A stretch of DNA of 35,392 bases from Nitratifractor sp. (GTDB lineage Bacteria > Campylobacterota > Campylobacteria > Campylobacterales > Sulfurovaceae). The position numbers and the translations under genes are program-made. Below the pieces are notes generated by a model. The model was given only the letters and a program-made list of their open reading frames with translations, searched no databases and had not been told where the DNA came from. The stretch covers positions 1 through 35,392 of the forward strand of contig WFSU01000010.1 of the NCBI GenBank assembly GCA_015485845.1, written 5' to 3'. Positions 1-6,942 of the stretch are shown piece by piece (positions within the stretch are counted from its first letter, which is position 1; the number at the start of each line of letters is the position of its first letter).

Positions 1-122
1 AAATTCCAAAGAATGTCAAAGAGCTTGAGGAGAATACGAGAACATTTATGGAAGCTTTACAAACAAACCCTGAACGGGTGGCAGGATATTTCAAGCACCC
101 CTCGGTACAATATGCGGCTTGA
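1..122 (+). CDS. 3' end of an unidentified CDS entering from upstream (partial)
   Basis: The frame starting at position 3 is open from the window edge to TGA 120-122 (IPKNVKELEENTRTFMEALQTNPERVAGYFKHPSVQYAA*). Frame 1 is also open to TGA 178-180, so the frame choice is uncertain. No family recognised. Confidence 0.3.
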   Translation, partial: IPKNVKELEENTRTFMEALQTNPERVAGYFKHPSVQYAA

Positions 123-193
123 GATTCAGGTTATTTTTTGGTGGAGTAATAGTTTTGAAGCGTTAACGACACATTTCTGAAATACAAAGAAGA

Positions 194-199
194 TATAAT
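194..199 (+). promoter_or_regulatory. candidate -10 box (TATAAT) for 227..1749 operon
   Basis: gaTATAATg lies 28 nt upstream of ATG 227. AAGGAG RBS at 214-219. Confidence 0.35.
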
Positions 200-226
200 G
201 ATCAATACCATTCAAGGAGAAACACG

Positions 227-1009
227 ATGAAGCGTTTGGGTATAGTCTTGGTCTTGAGTATGATGGTGCAGGGGGGAAGCGGTTCTCTGTTTGCTCCGAC
301 GGCGCGTTACTCTTTTGAACCGGCACCTCATAAGCACGGGAAAGTGCTGATGGATTTCAAACATCAGAAGATCGTCGTTGACATCCAGGGGCGCCGGGCA
401 TTCCTCCCCAAAACCTCCGATGAGTTCATGGACTACCGGGAAAATTTCGGGTTAGAGGATGTCACCTTTGCCGATCTCAATTTCGACGGCTATGCCGATA
501 TCGGTGTATTGATGGGGATCGGATATGGCGGGGTCAATGTATGCAGGGATTATTTCTTCTATGCTCCCCAAACGAAACGATATACACGACAGATAGACAT
601 CGCCTGCAACCTCGAAATCTACAGCAGCAAAAGCCGCCTGCTGGCCACAATGGCCAAAGACGGCCCTTCTCAGGAGAGTGATATCTACTGGATCGATCCG
701 ATGGGGGCGGCACATCACATCATCAAAAGCACAGGACACTGGCCGCAAAACGAAGAGGGGGATATGATCTTCCGCTACACTTCGGATGCCCGGGTCAAAG
801 CGTCAAAAGCATATTTTTATGCAAAGCCCGGCGGGAAGCGATCCAAAGTCTACATCATCAAGGGGGACAAGGTCTCCTTGTTGAATATGGCGCTACATCA
901 GGGGGAAACCTGGGTCAAGGTAGCGTACAGAAGCAAGAAAAAAACGTATCGCCAATGGGTGCGTTTTTCTGATTTGTCATTCCGGGATCTTCCGAAGGAG
1001 GCTTTATGA
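227..1009 (+). CDS. secreted hypothetical protein (signal peptide, DxNxDGxxD Ca-binding/FG-GAP-like motif, SH3b-like C-terminus)
   Basis: 260-aa ORF with a good RBS and a hydrophobic N-terminus (MKRLGIVLVLSMMVQGG). Motif DLNFDGYAD. C-terminal KVYIIKGDKVSLL...WVKVAY...WVRFSDL resembles bacterial SH3. Confidence 0.6.
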   Translation: MKRLGIVLVLSMMVQGGSGSLFAPTARYSFEPAPHKHGKVLMDFKHQKIVVDIQGRRAFLPKTSDEFMDYRENFGLEDVTFADLNFDGYADIGVLMGIGYGGVNVCRDYFFYAPQTKRYTRQIDIACNLEIYSSKSRLLATMAKDGPSQESDIYWIDPMGAAHHIIKSTGHWPQNEEGDMIFRYTSDARVKASKAYFYAKPGGKRSKVYIIKGDKVSLLNMALHQGETWVKVAYRSKKKTYRQWVRFSDLSFRDLPKEAL

Positions 1010-1749
1010 AAGAAGTGATACGCACTCTGCGAAAGACCGGTACAGCGATGTTTGTTTTGCTGAGTTTTGGTATCTTTTTTTCAGTCCAACTCCATGCAAA
1101 ATCCGTCACGATCACCCGACTGAGCAGCACGCCAAAAGTCGGTGTGACCCCTCCGCTGAAACAGTTCGGACTGACCGGAATCAACAAACAAAAGAATTAC
1201 GTACAGCGATACCGCCGTCAAGTACCGGCACAATACGCCCGGAGTGGTGCCGATATTATGGATCGCGTCTCGGATGGATGGATCGTGTTTGACCGGGAGA
1301 GTCATATCGTGGCGCATGTAGGGGAGGGGCAACAGCTGTTTTGGAAGATCGATCTCGGTACGATCGTTCGAGAGAAGCGCTTTGAAGTGCAGGATTTGCG
1401 ATACGACAAAGACCTCCTCTATTTCAACGCCGCCTGTGTGAGCTATTCCAGCATGCAAAAAGGGCGCTGCTCAACCCTCTACGCTTATGATCCGCAGAAG
1501 AAGAAGCTCCTCTGGCACAGCCGGTATCGGACGTCGAACGATATCTTTCTCGTGACGGATCGTCTGGTTATCGCCGGGTACGGGTTTACCCAGGAACCGG
1601 ACTATCTCTATCTCCTCCGGAAGCGGGACGGAAAACTGCTGAAAAAAATCAAGCTCGACTCCGCCCACGACTATCTCGAAATGGTAGGAGACAAGCTGCA
1701 CGTGATGACGTACAACCGTCATGTTGTGTTCAGGCTGCGTGGGTATTGA
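1006..1749 (+). CDS. secreted hypothetical protein, translationally coupled to the upstream gene
   Basis: 247-aa ORF whose ATG overlaps the upstream stop (ATGA at 1006-1009). Signal-like segment MFVLLSFGIFFSVQLHA. No confident family; possibly beta-propeller-like. Confidence 0.55.
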   Translation: MKEVIRTLRKTGTAMFVLLSFGIFFSVQLHAKSVTITRLSSTPKVGVTPPLKQFGLTGINKQKNYVQRYRRQVPAQYARSGADIMDRVSDGWIVFDRESHIVAHVGEGQQLFWKIDLGTIVREKRFEVQDLRYDKDLLYFNAACVSYSSMQKGRCSTLYAYDPQKKKLLWHSRYRTSNDIFLVTDRLVIAGYGFTQEPDYLYLLRKRDGKLLKKIKLDSAHDYLEMVGDKLHVMTYNRHVVFRLRGY

Positions 1750-1808
1750 GGGTACCTTTTTTTGAAGCTGATTCGATGTATACTTTTTGAAAAAGTGAGT
1801 CTGTCATC

Positions 1809-3119
1809 ATGGATCCGGAAGAAGCCTACCAAAACCCTGCGCGTCTGCTTCAGCATCTGATACGGTTTGATACGACCAATCCTCCCGGCAACGAAGAGGC
1901 GTGTGTTGCTTTTATCGAAGAGTTGCTTCATGATGCGGGGATTGGGACGGAGCGGTTTTCTGATGAGAGCGGCCGTCCCAATCTCGTGGCGCGACTTTCC
2001 GGGCGCGGTGAAGCGGAACCGCTGCTGCTGTATGGTCATGTCGACGTGGTGCCGGTGGCCGGGCAGGCGTGGCGGTATCCCCCTTTTGAGGCGCGGATAG
2101 CCGATGGATATGTCTGGGGGCGCGGTGCGCTGGATATGAAAGGGGGCGTGGCGATGATGCTGGCGGCCTTTTTGCGTGCCAAGCTGGAGCAAACACCGCC
2201 GGCCGGAGATGTGATGCTCCTTATCCTCTCGGATGAAGAGGCGGGCGGCGACCACGGCGCCAGATGGCTGACACAGAACCACCCGGAGCTTTTCGCCGGT
2301 ATCCGCCATGCTATTGGTGAATTTGGAGGCTTTTCCCTCACCGTCGGGGGTAAGCGCTTTTATCCGATTCAGGTCGCCGAAAAACAGCTGTGTTGGCTGA
2401 AAGCTACGGTGCACGGGGAGGGTGGACATGGATCGCTGCCTGTACGGGGAGGGGCGATGGCCAAGCTCGCTCGGGTGCTAAGCCGCCTCGATCGGAACCG
2501 TTTGCCGGTGCACATTACTCCTGCTACCCGAATGATGTTTGAAAGCATGGCCAAAGAGATTGGCGGGATACGCGGGTGGCTCTTAAAACAGTTGCTTACC
2601 CCGGCACTGACCGATACGATCCTCACGCTCATGGGCAAAGGGGGCAAACTGTTTGATCCGATGCTCCACAACACTGTCAGCCCTACGATTCTGCATGGCG
2701 GTCATTCGATCAATGTCATCCCCGACACCGTTTCTGTCGAGCTTGACGGACGTATCCTCCCCGGACAGACACCGGAGGATCTCATACGCCAATTGCGGGC
2801 AGTGGTGGGGGATGAGGTGACGTTTGAGCTGATCCGCCACGATGCGGGGACGGATGAGCCGGATATGGAGCGTTTTGAGATGCTCTCAGATATCCTGCGG
2901 GCACTGGATCCTGACGCAATCCCGGTGCCGATGCTTTTGACCGGTGTGACCGACGGACGCTTTTTTGCCCAGCTTGGGATTCAGACCTACGGGTTTCTAC
3001 CGATGCGCCTCCCCGAAGATTTTAATTTCTCACAAACCATCCATGCTCCCGATGAACGGATCCCGGTCGAAGCCGTTGGGTTTGGTGCCGAAGCGATCTA
3101 CCGTGCAATCTGCCGGTAG
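1809..3119 (+). CDS. M20/M25/M40 family metallopeptidase (ArgE/DapE/CPG2-like)
   Basis: 436 aa with the motifs LYGHVDVVP, WGRGALDMKGG and SDEEAGG typical of M20 zinc peptidases. Confidence 0.85.
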   Translation: MDPEEAYQNPARLLQHLIRFDTTNPPGNEEACVAFIEELLHDAGIGTERFSDESGRPNLVARLSGRGEAEPLLLYGHVDVVPVAGQAWRYPPFEARIADGYVWGRGALDMKGGVAMMLAAFLRAKLEQTPPAGDVMLLILSDEEAGGDHGARWLTQNHPELFAGIRHAIGEFGGFSLTVGGKRFYPIQVAEKQLCWLKATVHGEGGHGSLPVRGGAMAKLARVLSRLDRNRLPVHITPATRMMFESMAKEIGGIRGWLLKQLLTPALTDTILTLMGKGGKLFDPMLHNTVSPTILHGGHSINVIPDTVSVELDGRILPGQTPEDLIRQLRAVVGDEVTFELIRHDAGTDEPDMERFEMLSDILRALDPDAIPVPMLLTGVTDGRFFAQLGIQTYGFLPMRLPEDFNFSQTIHAPDERIPVEAVGFGAEAIYRAICR

Positions 3120-3345
3120 CACTCACCGTACCGCCCGCACCCTGAGCCGTACATAGTCCGCTACCCAGCCCCCATCTTCACTATAATTAGTGGGCTTGAG
3201 CTCTTCGCGTACCTCCTGCTGGAACATTGCCGTTTGCGCTTGGTTGAGGTGCCCGGTTACGCCATTGGTGAAGATCGCCAGCCAGTGGGCGATGTCGTCG
3301 ATAGGGGTGGAGGATGAGTGTCGTGGATTTCTGGTGAAATGTCAA

Positions 3346-3436
3346 TGGCGGAGAGAGGGGGATTCGAACCCCCGGTCCAGGAAGCCCGGACAACAGCTTT
3401 CGAGGCTGCCGCATTCAACCGCTCTGCCATCTCTCC
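3346..3436 (-). tRNA. tRNA-Ser (anticodon CGA), encoded CCA end
   Basis: The reverse complement reads GGAGAGATGGCAGAGCGGTTGAATGCGGCAGCCTCGAAAGCTGTTGTCCGGGCTTCCTGGACCGGGGGTTCGAATCCCCCTCTCTCCGCCA. It has a 7-bp acceptor stem, anticodon loop CTCGAAA, a long variable arm, and T-arm GGGGG-TTCGAAT-CCCCC. Confidence 0.9.
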
Positions 3437-3448
3437 TAAGAAGATGGC

Positions 3449-3454
3449 ATTATA
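3449..3454 (-). promoter_or_regulatory. candidate -10 box for tRNA-Ser
   Basis: The minus strand reads gaTATAATgcc, ending 12 nt upstream of the tRNA 5' end at 3436. Confidence 0.4.
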
Positions 3455-3553
3455 TCCAAAGTTTGCATATGAAAAAGGCTGCTTTCAGTATAGGACTGTT
3501 ACTGTATCAGGATACGAAACATTTGGATTGATACCACGGAGAAAGGATACGAG

Positions 3554-3706
3554 ATGATATACTATGTAACAGGCTTCATGTATTCAATAGATAGAAAACG
3601 TGTCGTGCTGATTGAAAAGATCAATCCGGAGTGGCAGAAGGGACATTTGAATGGTGTCGGGGGTAAAATCGAGAAAGATGAAACCCCAGAAAAGGAGCTT
3701 CCATGA
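3554..3706 (+). pseudogene. NUDIX hydrolase N-terminal remnant (50 codons)
   Basis: The small ORF MIYYVTGFMYSIDRKRVVLIEKINPEWQKGHLNGVGGKIEKDETPEKELP* stops inside what looks like the start of a Nudix box (GGKIEKDETPE...). Its stop overlaps the ATG of the next gene (ATGA). It is too short for the supplied ORF track. Confidence 0.4.
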
Positions 3707-4113
3707 CCGACCAACTCAAAAACCACTTTATCGAATATGACCGTTTCGCCAGAGAACTGGGATTTCGTCTAACGGAGCTGGAGGAGGGGCAGGCGACGGT
3801 AATTGCCGAAGCCGGAGAAGATCACCTTAACGCCGCCGGGGTGGTTCACGGGGGTTTTCTGTTTGCGCTGGCGGATGTGGCGTTTGCTGCGGCGTCCAAT
3901 GCCCGCAACAATCTTTCGCTCGCTATCCATGCCGATATCCTCTACCATCAGGCCGGAATGCCCGGTACGTATATCGCCCGGGCTCGTGAGATCAAAGACG
4001 GCAGGAAAATTGCCAGCTATCAGGTGACGATACACACCGGTGATGAGGAATTGGTCGCATCGTTTACGGGGACGGTGTATCGGAAGGGGACGCGTGTCGT
4101 GGAGGAGCGATGA
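3703..4113 (+). CDS. PaaI-family hotdog-fold thioesterase
   Basis: 136 aa with the motif VHGGFLFALADVAFAAA typical of PaaI/YigI thioesterases. AAAAGGAG RBS upstream. Confidence 0.85.
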   Translation: MTDQLKNHFIEYDRFARELGFRLTELEEGQATVIAEAGEDHLNAAGVVHGGFLFALADVAFAAASNARNNLSLAIHADILYHQAGMPGTYIARAREIKDGRKIASYQVTIHTGDEELVASFTGTVYRKGTRVVEER

Positions 4114-4463
4114 TATGAGCCCAGAGCAACGAGCCCATTTCAAAGCGATCATCGAAGTACAGGTTGCCGAACTCAGCGAAGAGATTGAGACGATCAAAGC
4201 GGCGATTTATCCCAACAAGGGGGGAGGCACCTCGGACAAAGTCGCCCATATCAGCTTCAAGCAGGAGCAGAATGTCCACTTTCAGCGGCATGCGGAAGCA
4301 ACCAAACGGCTCAACCGCCTCAAGCAGGCTTATCTCAAAGTCGATACGGCTGAGTATGGGGTGTGTCAGGAGTGCGAAGAGGCCATTCCGCTGGCGCGGC
4401 TGGAGCTGATGCCCGAGTCGCTCTATTGTGTGGCATGCATGAATGAAATGGGAAGGTGAGGCT
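4099..4463. repeat. direct repeat copy 1 (dksA/traR-like gene plus about 15 bp upstream)
   Basis: Aligns with 5777..6142 at an offset of 1679 bp. I counted by hand roughly 48 mismatches over the 345-nt CDS, many at third codon positions. The homology starts in the last codons of the upstream gene (GGAGCGATGA). Confidence 0.85.
4115..4459 (+). CDS. DksA/TraR-family C4 zinc-finger protein, copy 1
   Basis: 114 aa from ATG 4115, one nt after the PaaI stop. The 4040 start in the ORF track overlaps PaaI and was not used. C-terminal CQECEEAIPLARLELMPESLYCVAC is a CxxC-N17-CxxC zinc finger preceded by a coiled coil. Confidence 0.85.
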   Translation: MSPEQRAHFKAIIEVQVAELSEEIETIKAAIYPNKGGGTSDKVAHISFKQEQNVHFQRHAEATKRLNRLKQAYLKVDTAEYGVCQECEEAIPLARLELMPESLYCVACMNEMGR

Positions 4464-4464
4464 T

Positions 4465-4800
4465 TCACTTAAAGACTACGTCCAACGATTTCCTGCAAGA
4501 TAGCAAGACATCCCCCTTTACTGAGCCGAGTTTTTTGACAAGACGTTTTTCTGAGAGAGAACGCACTTGAAAAAGGTCGATGGCTGAAGGTTTTTGCAAT
4601 CCGTTTTCGGTAGTGGGTCCCAAGATGACCATCCAGGGGATCATCCGATAGTGTTCTTTGAGGTCTGTAATAGGCGCGATGACTTTGAGGGGGAGTTTGC
4701 CGACTGTGTTATTGTTGAGGATGAGGCAGGGGCGTGTCTTTTTCATCTCAGACCCGAGTGTCGGGTCGAGATTGATCAGCCAGATTTCTCCCTGTTTCAC
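4465..4800 (-). CDS. mazF: MazF/PemK-family type II toxin (endoribonuclease)
   Basis: 111 aa. The N-terminus MKQGEIWLINLDPTLGSEMKKTRPCLIL is the classic PemK/MazF signature. Start overlaps the stop of the upstream antitoxin by 4 nt. Confidence 0.9.
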   Translation of the reverse strand: MKQGEIWLINLDPTLGSEMKKTRPCLILNNNTVGKLPLKVIAPITDLKEHYRMIPWMVILGPTTENGLQKPSAIDLFQVRSLSEKRLVKKLGSVKGDVLLSCRKSLDVVFK

Positions 4801-5051
4801 AGGAAATCCTCCCCATCAAGTGCCGTGAATGCCGTTAATTCCTCATTAGTCTCGTATTCGTGCGCCATCTGTTCTACGGCACGCTGAAGTTTGAGCTTTT
4901 CCTGCTGGGCGAGGTAGTCGGCGATGGCCACATTGATGATTTCAGATTTGGAACGATTCATCTCGCGCTTGAGTTGATCAAGAGCCGCGTTTACGGTGCG
5001 GGGGAGAGAAAACGTGATGCGATTGTATGTAAGATTTGTTGCTGCTTGCAT
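4797..5051 (-). CDS. ribbon-helix-helix (CopG/MazE-like) antitoxin
   Basis: I used the internal ATG at 5051 because an AAGGAG RBS lies 6 nt upstream, giving 84 aa. RITFSLPRTVNAALDQLKREMNRSKSEIINVAIADYL is an RHH-type fold. Overlaps the mazF start. Confidence 0.75.
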   Translation of the reverse strand: MQAATNLTYNRITFSLPRTVNAALDQLKREMNRSKSEIINVAIADYLAQQEKLKLQRAVEQMAHEYETNEELTAFTALDGEDFL

Positions 5052-5078
5052 ATGGATTCTCCTTAAAATGATGTTTTT

Positions 5079-5100
5079 ATTATACATCAATATTTGATGT
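5079..5100 (-). promoter_or_regulatory. -10 box plus 17-bp perfect palindrome (candidate operator of the RHH-MazF operon)
   Basis: Minus-strand TATAAT at 5079-5084 abuts ACATCAA-TAT-TTGATGT (5084-5100), about 30 nt upstream of the antitoxin start. Confidence 0.45.
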
Positions 5101-5151
5101 TTGTCAATGCATACTCATTGCTGTGCAACCTCTTTTTTAAGCCCAGTAGAC

Positions 5152-5157
5152 TATAAT
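5152..5157 (+). promoter_or_regulatory. candidate -10 box for the phd/parE-like operon
   Basis: gaCTATAATaa lies 29 nt upstream of ATG 5186. GGGAG RBS. Confidence 0.4.
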
Positions 5158-5185
5158 AACCTAAATAGACAATTGGGAGAATACT

Positions 5186-5530
5186 ATGACAACCATTACC
5201 GCTTCGGATCTCAAACAAAACACTATGCGCCTTCAGGAAGCCTTGCGGGATGACTTGCTGGTAACCAAGCGTAACAAGCCCTTCGTTGTCGTGATGGACT
5301 ACGAGAAGTACCGCCGACTTCAGGCGTATTTCGATGCGCTGCCGGCAGAAGAGGTTGTAGATGACGGTTACCCGTCCATCTCTTTCGAAGAAGCCCGTGA
5401 CCGGGTGGCAGATGCGGTGTATCGATATCGGAGCGGAAAAGGGAAATATCGAAAAACGGATGATGCATACTGGGACAGTGTGGATGCGGTGATCGGAGAA
5501 AGTAGGGGTTCAAATGACGGTCATTACTGA
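5186..5530 (+). CDS. Phd/YefM-family antitoxin with extended C-terminus
   Basis: 114 aa. The N-terminus ITASDLKQNTMRLQEALRDDLLVTKRNKPFVVVMDYEKYRRL is typical of Phd/YefM. Overlaps the downstream toxin gene by 17 nt. Confidence 0.75.
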   Translation: MTTITASDLKQNTMRLQEALRDDLLVTKRNKPFVVVMDYEKYRRLQAYFDALPAEEVVDDGYPSISFEEARDRVADAVYRYRSGKGKYRKTDDAYWDSVDAVIGESRGSNDGHY

Positions 5531-5792
5531 TGAGCCGTTTGACCAAAATCTCAAGAAAATAGTGAGATTTATCGCTATAGACAGCCAAAATAGGGCACGT
5601 GCCTTTCACATAAGTTTACGTAAAGGGTTGGAATCTCTGGATAATTTTCCTTTTAAATACCGACAATCTATTCATTATGATGACCCAAATATTCGGGACT
5701 TTATCTTCAAGGGTTATACCATTCCCTACCTCGTGGATGAACCGCAGGACAGGATCGTAGTTTTGGATATTTTCAAGTGGACGGAGCGATGA
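5514..5792 (+). CDS. ParE/RelE-family type II toxin
   Basis: 92 aa with the pattern FPFKYRQS...FIFKGYTIPYLVDEPQDRIVVLDIFKW typical of ParE/RelE. Operon partner of the Phd-like gene. Confidence 0.75.
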   Translation: MTVITDEPFDQNLKKIVRFIAIDSQNRARAFHISLRKGLESLDNFPFKYRQSIHYDDPNIRDFIFKGYTIPYLVDEPQDRIVVLDIFKWTER

Positions 5793-6142
5793 GATGACCC
5801 CAGCCCAACGAGTACATTTCAAAGAGATTATTGAAACGCAAGTTCCAGAACTCAGCGAAGAGATTGAGACAATCAAGGCGGCGATTTATCCTAACAAAGG
5901 GGAGGGTACTTCAGACAAAGTTGCCCACATCAGCTTCAAGCAGGAGCAGAATATCCACTTTCAGCGGCATGCCGAAGCGACTAAACGGCTCAATCGCCTG
6001 AAACAAGTTTATCTCAAAGTCGATACCGCAGAGTATGGGGTGTGTCAGGAGTGTGAAGAGGCCATTCCGCTGGCACGATTGGAGCTGATGCCTGAGTCGC
6101 TCTATTGTGTGGCGTGTCTGAATGAGAGAGGAGGGTGAAGCT
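5777..6142. repeat. direct repeat copy 2 (dksA/traR-like gene plus about 15 bp upstream)
   Basis: See copy 1. The last codons of the ParE-like gene (..TER*) lie inside the repeat. Confidence 0.85.
5794..6138 (+). CDS. DksA/TraR-family C4 zinc-finger protein, copy 2
   Basis: 114 aa, colinear with copy 1 and differing at about 13 residues. Same CxxC-N17-CxxC finger. Confidence 0.85.
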   Translation: MTPAQRVHFKEIIETQVPELSEEIETIKAAIYPNKGEGTSDKVAHISFKQEQNIHFQRHAEATKRLNRLKQVYLKVDTAEYGVCQECEEAIPLARLELMPESLYCVACLNERGG

Positions 6143-6144
6143 CG

Positions 6145-6750
6145 TTACACCGTCCTCTGCACCTGCTCGATCCAATACGGAAAATGGGCTTGCTCCTCCC
6201 GGAGGGTGGTGCCGGGGCCGTGGCCGGGGTAGATGGGGTAGTCTTGGGTGATTTGTTGGGCTTTTTGGAGGCTCCGGATCATGTCGTTGGCGCTGGACCA
6301 GGGGAAATCCCATCGGCCGATGCTGCGATGGAAGAGGAAATCTCCGCTAAACCATTCTCCCCCGATCTCGATGACGGAGTTGCCCGGAGTGTGGCCGGGG
6401 AAGTGGTGATAGCGCACGGGGATGCCGGCGATGTCGAGCATGGCATCACCGGAGACTCGGACGTCAGGCTGCGAGGGTGGTGTGCCCTGACCGAACGGGT
6501 CGCTGGTGAGCATGAAAGTATCCTCATCGGGGACGTAGAGGGGGATGCGGAGTGCCTGCTGCAGGGCTGCGTTGCTCCAAGTGTGGTCGAAATGGCCGTG
6601 GGTGTTGAGGATCGCTACGGGATTGTGCGCATGGGCAAGCACCCACTCCGTCGCCCCGATCCCCGGATCGATGATGAGGGTCTTGTTGTCAATAGTGACG
6701 AGATAGCAGTTGGTTTGGTAGTCCCCCATGGGGTGGGATTGGATTTGCAT
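6145..6750 (-). CDS. MBL-fold metallo-hydrolase (glyoxalase II-like)
   Basis: 201 aa with the motif HGHFDHTW (HxHxDH) and downstream His/Asp ligands. Confidence 0.85.
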   Translation of the reverse strand: MQIQSHPMGDYQTNCYLVTIDNKTLIIDPGIGATEWVLAHAHNPVAILNTHGHFDHTWSNAALQQALRIPLYVPDEDTFMLTSDPFGQGTPPSQPDVRVSGDAMLDIAGIPVRYHHFPGHTPGNSVIEIGGEWFSGDFLFHRSIGRWDFPWSSANDMIRSLQKAQQITQDYPIYPGHGPGTTLREEQAHFPYWIEQVQRTV

Positions 6751-6770
6751 GGATGGCTCCGGGGTTTTTT

Positions 6771-6826
6771 GTGTTACGTGTTACGTGTTACGTGTTACGT
6801 GTTACGTGTTACGTGTTACGTGTTAC
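6771..6826. repeat. perfect heptanucleotide tandem array (GTGTTAC)x8
   Basis: Eight uninterrupted units counted directly, followed by gtac. Lies between divergent genes, 21 nt from the MBL hydrolase ATG. The minus-strand unit GTAACAC carries TAA. Confidence 0.95.
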
Positions 6827-6875
6827 GTACTTATAATATACTTTGCTAAGGATAACATAACTTTTTGGAGGATAA

Positions 6876-6896
6876 ACTTCCTACTTCCTACTTCCT
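6876..6896. repeat. heptanucleotide tandem array (ACTTCCT)x3
   Basis: Three perfect units counted directly, in the same intergenic region. Confidence 0.9.
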
Positions 6897-6930
6897 GCTT
6901 AACACTTCCCACATAACACAAAACATACGC

Positions 6931-6936
6931 TATAAT
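6931..6936 (+). promoter_or_regulatory. candidate -10 box placed 6 nt before the ATG of the DUF455-like gene
   Basis: cgCTATAATattttcATG. No Shine-Dalgarno fits between the box and ATG 6943. Confidence 0.4.
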
Positions 6937-6942
6937 ATTTTC

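Noticed and set aside
3120-3345. An open frame of about 72 codons on the minus strand (…PIDDIAHWLAIFTNGVTGHLNQAQTAMFQQEVREELKP…) beside the 3' end of tRNA-Ser, considered as an integrase or island remnant. Also a tRNA-linked genomic island in general.
   Set aside because: There is no start codon except a late internal ATG and no recognisable integrase motifs. An open stretch of this length is expected by chance in GC-rich DNA. I saw no partial tRNA 3' repeat. The accessory genes lie on the 5' side of the tRNA.
3187-3557. ORFs 3187-3414(-), 3190-3531(+) and 3318-3557(+).
   Set aside because: They overlap the tRNA-Ser gene and its promoter, and their translations look non-protein-like.
4040-4114. 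Longer 139-aa form of DksA/TraR copy 1 starting at 4040.
   Set aside because: It would overlap the PaaI gene by 74 nt. The paralogue at 5794 and the repeat boundary both support the ATG at 4115.
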